The notes under the pieces: model-generated | What the model saw: only the letters and a program-made list of their open reading frames with translations | Database searches by the model: none | Told to the model about the DNA's origin: nothing | Translations under genes and position numbers: made by a program | Shown: piece after piece, positions 29,378-37,580 of the stretch | Layout of the letters: every line of letters starts with the position of its first letter | Numbering within the stretch: the stretch's first letter is position 1 | From: Candidatus Oxydemutatoraceae bacterium | GTDB taxonomy: Bacteria; Pseudomonadota; Gammaproteobacteria; Poriferisulfidales; Oxydemutatoraceae | Assembly (NCBI GenBank): GCA_965219575.1 | Contig: OZ244779.1 | Coordinates: forward strand, 1,356,769 to 1,420,768 | Direction: 5' to 3' | DNA: 64,000 nucleotides

Positions 29378-29922
29378 GGGTTTAATATACCTGTCCGCCC
29401 GTAGCGCGTTGGTCGGCACGATTTATACATTCATCCATCCGATTTATGGAAACCAAAACCATCCGGCGCAAGCGGTTCCAGCCGTGCAGAACGGTACTTT
29501 AGGGCAGACATCAGAGTTGCCGATTGACCTACCGGTTCAATCGGCGGCTTTATACTGCCCCTACAGGTGGTTTGCAAATGTTCATGGCGCAAAGCGGTTG
29601 CAATTGTGAGAAACAGCACTTTTTCAACAGCCTGATGATGCGACTACCCCGTCAGGCTGAATAGAACCGCCGATTGAACCGGTAGGTCAATCGGCGTGAC
29701 TTTGTTCAGAACCTCAACATGCCTGCTAAACGCGTGCATTGCAAAATGCATAGGCCACCCCTCCGAAGGAGGGGAATGGTACGCTCTTACATTTCGTGGT
29801 TTACATCGCCAGCGATATGATTTCGTTGATTTATGCTATGATAATGTTTTTCAATTTTAGGATTACGCAGAGGCATCGGCTTACTGCAATAACCCGTTAT
29901 ATCTAAGCAATAGGAGAATATT

Positions 29923-31272
29923 ATGTCTAAGATAATTAGTAAATTGTTTCCCGCACTATTTTTGGTAGTGGGATTAGTGTCCGTCTCTCAAGCGGACGAA
30001 ACCTGTATGTCGCCGTATATGGCAAAGATAGTCGGGCAGGAAGACTATGTCTATGTCTGGACTTTAGGTGTTGAAGGTTTAGGAGACGAACAAGACAAGC
30101 TTGTTACCATAGATGTCAACCCCTCATCCGATACTTATGGAAAAGTCGTTCATACTTTATCGGTGGGTGGGCGCAACGAAGCACACCATTCCGGTCTAAG
30201 TGACGACCGCCGTTATTTGTGGGCCGGTGGACTGGACAGCAACAAGGTTTTCATATTCGATGTGCATAGTAACCCACGCCAACCGCGTTTGCATAAAGTA
30301 ATCAGTGATTTTGTTTCTAAAACAGACGGTTTGGTCGGGCCGCATACTTTCTATGCACTACCGGGACGGATGATGATTACCGCTTTATCCAATAATAAAG
30401 ATCACGGCGGACGTACCGGCCTGGCAGAATACACCAACGAGGGCGAGTATATTACAACGCACTGGAAGCCTACCGATGGTGATTTGCGCGGTGCGAAGAA
30501 GACCGGACAATTTGCCGACGGCTACGGCTATGATCTACGCGTGTTGCCTCGCCGCAACATGATGTTGACTTCGTCTTTTACCGGCTGGTCCAACTACATG
30601 ATGGACTTCGGCAAAATGCTCAAAGATCCGGAAGCGATGAAACGTTTCGGCAACACGATGGTGTTGTGGGACATGCACAGCCGTAAACCTAGAAAGGTAT
30701 TCGATGTCCCCGGAGCACCGTTGGAAATACGTTGTGCTTGGCAGCCGAACCATAATTATTGCTTCACGACCACCGCATTGACTTCCAAAATTTGGTTGGT
30801 CTACGAAGACATAGAGAGCGGTGAATGGAATGCTCAAGCGGTTGCCGACATCGGCAATCCGGCAGACGTGCCTTTGCCGGTAGACATTTCTATCACTTCG
30901 GACGACAGCGGTCTTTGGGTGCAGACTTTCATGGACGGCAAGACTCGTTATTTTGATATTACCGATCCGTTCAATCCTAAGCAAGTCTATGAGCATGTTA
31001 TCGGCTCGCAAGTTAATATGATTTCACAAAGTTGGGACGGCAAGCGGGCTTATTTCACATCGTCTCTATTGGGAATGTGGGATAAGACCGGAGAGGACGA
31101 CGAGCAATTCTTCAAAGCCTTCGTTTGGGACGGAGACGAGTTGGATCAGCAGTTCATGATTGATTTCTATGCAGAAAAGCTGGGTAGAGCGCATCAAATG
31201 CGCTTCGGTGCTTATTCCTTATACGGTGCCGCACCTTCGGATAGCGAAACCAAGCTAACATACGATCAATAA
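29923..31272 (+). CDS. mtoX: Methanethiol oxidase (SBP56/selenium-binding protein family), periplasmic
   Basis: Signal peptide then DETC.SP, VWTLG, EAHH, GPHTFYALPGRM, SSFTGW.NYMMD.GKM.KDPEAMKRFGNTM, LPVDISIT, GRAHQM; both candidate TTQ Trp positions (FTGW, GMWDK) present. Confidence 0.88.
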   Translation: MSKIISKLFPALFLVVGLVSVSQADETCMSPYMAKIVGQEDYVYVWTLGVEGLGDEQDKLVTIDVNPSSDTYGKVVHTLSVGGRNEAHHSGLSDDRRYLWAGGLDSNKVFIFDVHSNPRQPRLHKVISDFVSKTDGLVGPHTFYALPGRMMITALSNNKDHGGRTGLAEYTNEGEYITTHWKPTDGDLRGAKKTGQFADGYGYDLRVLPRRNMMLTSSFTGWSNYMMDFGKMLKDPEAMKRFGNTMVLWDMHSRKPRKVFDVPGAPLEIRCAWQPNHNYCFTTTALTSKIWLVYEDIESGEWNAQAVADIGNPADVPLPVDISITSDDSGLWVQTFMDGKTRYFDITDPFNPKQVYEHVIGSQVNMISQSWDGKRAYFTSSLLGMWDKTGEDDEQFFKAFVWDGDELDQQFMIDFYAEKLGRAHQMRFGAYSLYGAAPSDSETKLTYDQ

Positions 31273-31309
31273 GAAAATCATGTCATAGACGATCCTATTC
31301 GTGTTACCG

Positions 31310-31346
31310 AAGGTTCCGCCGCATATAATTGTGGCGGAACCTTTTT
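31310..31346 (+). terminator. Rho-independent terminator after mtoX
   Basis: AAGGTTCCGCCGCA-loop-TGTGGCGGAACC followed by TTTTT. Confidence 0.8.
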
Positions 31347-31365
31347 ATGATACCTTGCATTTGAT

Positions 31366-32481
31366 ATGGGAGATCTAAAACAACATTCTGCGCGTATTCA
31401 TTATCGGCGTGGGCGAGGCGCATTGAGCCGGCATTGCTCTCGTTTTTCCGAAACACATAGCGAGGCGGTAGCGGACGACTGGCGCACCGAGGCGGAAGCC
31501 GAAAGCAAACCACAGACTGTGTTGCATGCTACCCCTATACGCAGCCTGATCAACTATAACACTTCCCCCGATATTAGTTCCGACCGCACGATCAATCCGT
31601 ATCGCGGTTGTGAACACGGATGTATCTATTGTTTTGCGCGCCCCACCCATAGTTATATGGATTTATCCGCAGGCTTGGATTTTGAGACACAGATATTCTA
31701 TAAACCCGATGCGGTTGCCGTGCTAAAGAGCGAGTTATCCAAAAAAAGTTATAGATGCCGTCCCGTCGTATTGGGGGCCAATACCGACGCATATCAGCCG
31801 GCCGAGCGCAAGCTCAAATTAACCCGAGGCATACTGGAGGTATTACACCGAAGCCGCCATCCGGTTTCGTTAATCACCAAATCTACGTTGATACGGCGCG
31901 ACCTAGATTTATTATCGGAAATGGCAAACTTAGGGTTGGTTAATGCATGGGTGTCGGTTACGACTTTGGATCGCACCTTGTCGCGACGCATGGAACCGCG
32001 CACTTCCATACCCGACGAGCGTTTGAAAACCATAGAGACACTGGCGGCAGCGGGTGTTCCTACCGGGGTGATTGCCGCACCGATGATACCGTTTCTAAAC
32101 GATCACGAAATGGAACACATACTCGAATCAGCCCGCAGTGCGGGTGCCGTATACGCAGGCTATATCCTGCTACGCTTGCCGCACGAACTAAAAACCCTAT
32201 TCAAGGAATGGCTGGAACAACACTATCCCGAACGCGCACAACGTATACTGAACCGCCTAAAAGATTGCCACGACGGCAAACTATACCGATCATCCTTTAA
32301 GTCGCGCATGAAAGGGAAAGGGTGGTATGCCGATATGCTCGCTCAGCGTTTCAAGATAGCGTATCGCCGTATCGGTTTTAGTTCTCGTGCTGAATTGGAT
32401 TGCTCGCAGTTTCAACCACCGGCGAAAGATTCGGCGCAACTCGACTTATTCGGTATAGATAGAGATACATCACCCGCCTAG
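31366..32481 (+). CDS. PA0069/Rv2578c-family radical SAM protein (spore photoproduct lyase-like)
   Basis: INPYRGCEHGCIYCFARP, GANTDAYQP.E, LRLP; C-terminal QLDLF clamp-binding-like motif. Confidence 0.85.
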   Translation: MGDLKQHSARIHYRRGRGALSRHCSRFSETHSEAVADDWRTEAEAESKPQTVLHATPIRSLINYNTSPDISSDRTINPYRGCEHGCIYCFARPTHSYMDLSAGLDFETQIFYKPDAVAVLKSELSKKSYRCRPVVLGANTDAYQPAERKLKLTRGILEVLHRSRHPVSLITKSTLIRRDLDLLSEMANLGLVNAWVSVTTLDRTLSRRMEPRTSIPDERLKTIETLAAAGVPTGVIAAPMIPFLNDHEMEHILESARSAGAVYAGYILLRLPHELKTLFKEWLEQHYPERAQRILNRLKDCHDGKLYRSSFKSRMKGKGWYADMLAQRFKIAYRRIGFSSRAELDCSQFQPPAKDSAQLDLFGIDRDTSPA

Positions 32482-32519
32482 GTTATCGCACGCATACAAA
32501 TTGCCCCGACTATATATCG

Positions 32520-33641
32520 ATGAAAAAAAATCCCGAGCTATTACTGATAGCAACGAACGCGCGTATATTGATCGAATCGGCAGCGCGCGGCGGCTATGAT
32601 GCCGTGGTAATAGACGGCTTCTGTGATCGTGAAGTGAGGCAGCATGCAGTTTCTGCAACACGCGTCGCATTACGCAGCGAAGGGGGTTTGGACGATACCG
32701 CACTCGCCGAAGCGATTAGACAGACGAGCAGACGATATGCCGAGACTCTCCGAACTCTGGTTATAGGTTCGGGTATCGAAGGCTGCAAAACCTCGCTCGA
32801 GGTGATTCGACAAAGCGATATACAACGACAGGGTAATCAATACGAATACCGAGGATATAGCAAAAACAGAAGTCTCAAGCTATCATCGGATCGAGTGATG
32901 TCTATGCCCGATAACATACCACCTTATCTATATAAATCGGTAATCGGTAGCGGCGGGGTGCATATCCATAGAGATGACGACTACCGAGATATAAAACAAG
33001 GCTATTATCGCCAGAGTTATCTACCGTTGACAAGTATCTCGCATCTATTCTTAGCCGATGGCGATCAAATTGAAACGGTGGGTTTCAGCGTACAGTGGCA
33101 TTCCAAGCACGATCCGAAGCATCCTTTTTGTTACGGCGGCGCAATCGGTGCGCATTTTTTGGATCAATCGTGTATCGCACAGGCGGAGGCGGTGGCCGAG
33201 AAATTCAATTTAATCGGTTTGAATAATATCGATTATTTATACGACGGAAGCAGACTTTATTTTTTAGAATTAAACCCGAGACCGAGTGCGACGATGACAC
33301 TCTACGACGAAGATTATGCCGACGGTCTATTGCACGCGCATATCGAAGCATGCGAAGGCAAAGGTTTGACGAGACGATCACAAGGCGTGTCGGTGTGCAG
33401 AACGTTTGCTATTTTTTATACCGACGAAGCGATACAATTACCGAATGATTTTGAATGGCCGATCGAAGCCAGAGATGTTCCGATGGAAAATCCCGCAGGT
33501 TATTATTTTGAAAAGAATGCACCGGTTTGTACCTTGCATGTAAATGCCGGGGATATCGGCAGTGCACTCACCGGTGTGCAGAACCGAATTCGGGATTTGC
33601 AAAGATACATCACACAAACATCGAAGACAACTCAATTCTGA
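32520..33641 (+). CDS. OrfY-like ATP-grasp protein of the H4MPT C1 cluster
   Basis: SAARGGY....D.FCD, IGSG, GSGGVHI, LELNPRPSAT; directly upstream of mch. Confidence 0.75.
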   Translation: MKKNPELLLIATNARILIESAARGGYDAVVIDGFCDREVRQHAVSATRVALRSEGGLDDTALAEAIRQTSRRYAETLRTLVIGSGIEGCKTSLEVIRQSDIQRQGNQYEYRGYSKNRSLKLSSDRVMSMPDNIPPYLYKSVIGSGGVHIHRDDDYRDIKQGYYRQSYLPLTSISHLFLADGDQIETVGFSVQWHSKHDPKHPFCYGGAIGAHFLDQSCIAQAEAVAEKFNLIGLNNIDYLYDGSRLYFLELNPRPSATMTLYDEDYADGLLHAHIEACEGKGLTRRSQGVSVCRTFAIFYTDEAIQLPNDFEWPIEARDVPMENPAGYYFEKNAPVCTLHVNAGDIGSALTGVQNRIRDLQRYITQTSKTTQF

Positions 33642-33661
33642 AATAAACAGGGAGCAATATT

Positions 33662-34630
33662 ATGAAACACTCGAGTATCGGCATTAACAAACTCGCACAG
33701 CCTTTGGTAGAACAACTCTGTTCACAAGCCGATAGGTTTGCCGTGTCGGTTACGAGGGCAGAAAATCATACTCGTATCGTCGATGCCGGCATTAAGTCGC
33801 ACGGAAGCCTAGAGGCGGGTCGATTGATTGCAGAGATTTGTTTAGGTGGACTCGGACGCGTTTCACTCACGCACGACGGTGTTGCCGCGAATTGGCCGCT
33901 GAGCGTGCATGTAAGCACGGTCAATCCGGTTTTGGCATGTCTGGCATCGCAATATGCGGGCTGGAGTTTAGCGCACAAAGAGAATAATAAAAAATTTCAA
34001 GCCTTAGGGTCGGGTCCGGCTCGGGCTTTAGCGTGTCGTGAGGATTTGTTTGAAGAGCTTGCCTACCGAGATCAATCGGATCACGGCGTTATCGTGCTGG
34101 AGGTAGATGAATATCCACCGTTGCCCTTGCTCGACAAAATTGCCTCGCAATGCGGTATAGAAGCCTGCAATTTGACTGTGATTTTGACACCGACATGTAG
34201 TTTGGCAGGGTCTATGCAAGTTGTGGCAAGAGTTCTGGAAGTTGCGTTACATAAAGTACACGAGTTAGGGTTTGAATTAGACGATATTATAGATGGATGC
34301 GGAAGCGCACCTTTCCCGCCGCCGGCCAAGGATTTTATTACCGGCATGGGGCGTACCAACGATGCGATATTGTTTGCCGGACGCGTACACCTATTCGTCA
34401 ACGGCGAGATCGATGCTGCACAGAGCTTAGCACAAAAGCTACCAAGCAATACTTCGCGCGATTATGGCAGACCTTTTGCCGAGGTATTCAAGGATTACAA
34501 ATACGATTTTTTCAAGATAGACCCCATGTTGTTCAGTCCTGCACAAATCGCAGTCAGTCATTTGCCGAGCGGTAAAACTTTCCATGCCGGCGTTATCGCA
34601 TTGGATTTACTTGAAAGCTCTTTTGATTAA
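33662..34630 (+). CDS. mch: Methenyl-H4MPT cyclohydrolase
   Basis: [61 protein letters not shown]. Confidence 0.95.
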   Translation: MKHSSIGINKLAQPLVEQLCSQADRFAVSVTRAENHTRIVDAGIKSHGSLEAGRLIAEICLGGLGRVSLTHDGVAANWPLSVHVSTVNPVLACLASQYAGWSLAHKENNKKFQALGSGPARALACREDLFEELAYRDQSDHGVIVLEVDEYPPLPLLDKIASQCGIEACNLTVILTPTCSLAGSMQVVARVLEVALHKVHELGFELDDIIDGCGSAPFPPPAKDFITGMGRTNDAILFAGRVHLFVNGEIDAAQSLAQKLPSNTSRDYGRPFAEVFKDYKYDFFKIDPMLFSPAQIAVSHLPSGKTFHAGVIALDLLESSFD

Positions 34631-34639
34631 ATTGAAAAA

Positions 34640-35530
34640 ATGACCGAAATTGCTTTGATCAGTGATGCCCCGGGTTGGCATTGCGAACAGTTGCAAGAAG
34701 CATTTGCCGCACACCGATGTGAAGTTAAGACTGTTGCATTAAACGATTGTACGATTTCCACGCAAAGTGAGATCAATATACAACTTCCCGGTTTCGTCGA
34801 TTATCTGCCGAGTGGTGTTTTTGTTCGTGGTATACCGGCGGGCTCTCTGGAAAGCGTGGTTTTTCATTTGGACATATTACATGGCTTGGCAAAGCTTGGT
34901 GTCCATGTATATAACGATGCACGAATGATAGAATGCAGCGTCGATAAAGCGATGACTAGTTTTTTATTAAGAAATGCCGGTATAGCGACACCTCCGACTT
35001 GGGTGACCGTAGACTATAAAAAAGCCTGTGCAATCGTTCAAAGGCTTGCCGATCAGGGTCAAGCCGTAGTCCTAAAACCGATTTTCGGCTCTCAAGGCAA
35101 AGATTTACAGCTTATACATAATGTTTCGGAGCTACCCGAGCCAAGCGACGAACAACCTCGGGCATATTATTTGCAACAATTTATAGAAAATGCCAAGCCG
35201 TATGATTGGCGAGTATTCGTAGTCGGAGATCAGGTTGTCTCGGCAATGCAAAGGCAAGGATGCGGTTGGGTGAACAATGCCGCACAAGGTGCCGAATGTC
35301 GTCATGCCACTATCGGTGATGAAGCTGCCACACTTGCGGTCGAAGCGGTGCGTGCTGTAGGGCTATTTTATGGCGGAGTGGATTTAATAAGCGGCACGAA
35401 TAATATCATACAAGTGATTGAAATAAATAGTATTCCTGCTTGGAAATATTTGCAAAGTGTGAGCTCGGTTAATATTGCCGAATATATGGTGGACCACTTC
35501 ATGGCAACCCGCTATTGCCGTGACATCTGA
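34640..35530 (+). CDS. RimK-like ATP-grasp enzyme (Orf5 of the C1 cluster)
   Basis: VFVRGIPAGSLE, VDKAMTSFLL, KPIFGSQG, DWRVFV, EINSIPAW. Confidence 0.82.
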   Translation: MTEIALISDAPGWHCEQLQEAFAAHRCEVKTVALNDCTISTQSEINIQLPGFVDYLPSGVFVRGIPAGSLESVVFHLDILHGLAKLGVHVYNDARMIECSVDKAMTSFLLRNAGIATPPTWVTVDYKKACAIVQRLADQGQAVVLKPIFGSQGKDLQLIHNVSELPEPSDEQPRAYYLQQFIENAKPYDWRVFVVGDQVVSAMQRQGCGWVNNAAQGAECRHATIGDEAATLAVEAVRAVGLFYGGVDLISGTNNIIQVIEINSIPAWKYLQSVSSVNIAEYMVDHFMATRYCRDI

Positions 35531-36359
35531 TCAAACTCAAAGACTGGAAACACTATTTTTATCGGCTTGCCGTGCCGATATAGAAGCGATTAAACCCGGC
35601 AATGTCAGTATTCATTCCGCCGGACACCGAATGTGCGGCGAAGATTTTATAAAAAGCGCACAAGCCTGTGTAGCTGCAATTTGCACACCACAAAGCAGTC
35701 TGGGCGAGCGTATTCTCCGTGCGGTTCAGGATACCCGAAAGGTGGTATCGATGAATACCAACCTCGGTATTATTTTGTTGTGTGCACCACCGATACAGGC
35801 GATTTATTCCGGCAACGGAAAATCGCTAAAACAATCTTTGAAGCAAGTATTGGCGAATACTACGGTAGACGATGCACGCTCGGTGTATCGTGCGATCCGC
35901 CTTGCCGAGGCCGGCGGCTTAGGACATGTAGAGCAAGCCGATATCTCTACGAACCCCGATATTTCCTTGCTGGAAGCGATGCGTTTAGCGCAACGACGAG
36001 ATTTAATCGCCGCCCAATACGCTACGGATTATAGTGCTATCTTTGAGCAGGCACGCCCGACCTTGCTTGCATTTTATTCCAAATGGGGCTATAATCTGTC
36101 GGCTGTGAGCGGTGTCTATATGAAACTGCTCGCCACGTATCCAGATAGTTTAATTACACGCAAGCGGGGGGAAGCAACTGCACTTTATGTGCTTGAGCTT
36201 GCTTCTGCATTGTATAAGAAATACTGTCGCAGGGATGAACCCGGAGCTTTTGATGCTAAACTGCTTGAGTTTGATCGTAAACTGAAGGAAAACAATATCA
36301 ACCCGGGAACTACGGCCGATATGACCGTTGCAACTGTTTTTCTAACTAGTCTGGGTTAA
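35520..36359 (+). CDS. CitG-like triphosphoribosyl-dephospho-CoA synthase family protein (Orf7 of the C1 cluster)
   Basis: KPGNV, NTNLGIILL, PDSLITRKRG, NPGTTAD; GTG start overlaps the orf5 end. Confidence 0.82.
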   Translation: MTSDQTQRLETLFLSACRADIEAIKPGNVSIHSAGHRMCGEDFIKSAQACVAAICTPQSSLGERILRAVQDTRKVVSMNTNLGIILLCAPPIQAIYSGNGKSLKQSLKQVLANTTVDDARSVYRAIRLAEAGGLGHVEQADISTNPDISLLEAMRLAQRRDLIAAQYATDYSAIFEQARPTLLAFYSKWGYNLSAVSGVYMKLLATYPDSLITRKRGEATALYVLELASALYKKYCRRDEPGAFDAKLLEFDRKLKENNINPGTTADMTVATVFLTSLG

Positions 36360-36383
36360 TACATACTCAATTGATAAGGAGAA

Positions 36384-36914
36384 ATGTCAATGCAAATTAG
36401 TAAAGTAATGGTAGGCGAAGCCCTAGTCAACGACAACGACCCGTCCGGGACGATGGCCGAAATCGCCCATATAGACTTAATTATGGGACCGCGCGGTTCG
36501 GCTGTCGAAACAGCCTTCTGCAGTGGTTTGGTTAATAATAAAGATGGTTTTACTTCCTTGTTGGCGGTGATTGCACCCAATCTGCCTTGTAAGCCTAACA
36601 CAATGATGTTTAATAAGGTCACGATCAAAGGTCAAAAGCAAGCCGTACAGATGTTCGGACCCGCACAAGCGGCGGTAGCCAAAGCTGTTCAGGATTGTGT
36701 TGCCGACGGAATTATCCCCCAAGACGAAGCAGACGATATCTATATCTGTGTGGGTGTTTTCATTCACTGGCAGGCTGAAAGCGATCAGGCGATTTATGAA
36801 AACAACCATAAGGCAGTTAAAATGGCAATAGAAAATGCCATCAGCGGTAAGCCGACGGCAGCCGAAGCAACTGCTCAAAAAGACAGCGCAGAACATCCTT
36901 TCAAAGGCTTCTAA
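36384..36914 (+). CDS. fae: Formaldehyde-activating enzyme
   Basis: [45 protein letters not shown]. Confidence 0.95.
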   Translation: MSMQISKVMVGEALVNDNDPSGTMAEIAHIDLIMGPRGSAVETAFCSGLVNNKDGFTSLLAVIAPNLPCKPNTMMFNKVTIKGQKQAVQMFGPAQAAVAKAVQDCVADGIIPQDEADDIYICVGVFIHWQAESDQAIYENNHKAVKMAIENAISGKPTAAEATAQKDSAEHPFKGF

Positions 36915-36931
36915 AACCTTAAAAGAAAATT

Positions 36932-36968
36932 AAAAAACCCCGATAACTATTTGTTTTCGGGGTTTTTT
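36932..36968 (+). terminator. Rho-independent terminator after fae (bidirectional form)
   Basis: AAAAAACCCCGA...TCGGGGTTTTTT. Confidence 0.85.
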
Positions 36969-37038
36969 ATGTTACTAAAATAATCGCATACACCTCCCAT
37001 ACCTCACCGTGGCTCACCGCGATACGGGTTGAGCTGCG

Positions 37039-37560
37039 ATGACCAAAGCTAGGTTAAAAGCCTTTCCACCTATCGCAACTCCAAGTGCCGAGATACTGAT
37101 ACTCGGTTCCATGCCGAGTGCCGCATCGCTCGCCGACCATCAATATTATGCACATCCGCGTAATCACTTCTGGTTAATTATGGGTGCATTATTCGGCACG
37201 GATGCAAAGCGATGCTACGCCGACCGCTGTCGCAACCTAAGCGATCATCGTATCGCATTGTGGGATGTAATCGCCGGTTGTATGCGTCGCGGAAGTCTCG
37301 ATTCGGACATCGTCGAAGAAAGTATCAGAGTCAATAATTTCAATACCTTTTTCAACAAATATACTGCAATTCATTCGGTTTTTTTTAACGGTGGCAAAGC
37401 CGAACAAGTCTATCGCAAATACATATTGCATACGCTACCTGCCGACCTCAATCTGGAATATCATAGATTGCCCTCGAGTAGTCCGGCGAACGCAACATGG
37501 AGTTTAGCCGAGAAATTAAAGGCATGGCAAGTTGTCAAGCAAAAGGCCCATATTAATTAG
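37039..37560 (+). CDS. Uracil-DNA glycosylase superfamily, hypoxanthine/deoxyinosine glycosylase type
   Basis: LILGSMP..ASL...QYYAHPRNHFW, IALWDVI, GSLDS.I, FFNG, LPSSSPAN. Confidence 0.85.
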   Translation: MTKARLKAFPPIATPSAEILILGSMPSAASLADHQYYAHPRNHFWLIMGALFGTDAKRCYADRCRNLSDHRIALWDVIAGCMRRGSLDSDIVEESIRVNNFNTFFNKYTAIHSVFFNGGKAEQVYRKYILHTLPADLNLEYHRLPSSSPANATWSLAEKLKAWQVVKQKAHIN

Positions 37561-37580
37561 AGAACGTCGGCCACTCCGAA

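Larger units (their letters stand above)
28067..29393 (-). mobile_element. IS110-family element, copy 2, inserted at the same REP position with core CA
   Basis: Junctions GGACTAGCATG|ATGCCTTATT and TAATATACCTG|TCCGCCC are identical to copy 1. Confidence 0.92.
28022..29632. mobile_element. MITE-like composite repeat hosting IS110 copy 2
   Basis: Ends GGGGCTGTTGAAAAAA / CTTTTTCAACAGCC; same internal modules as 14956-15124 and 20099-20344. Confidence 0.7.
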
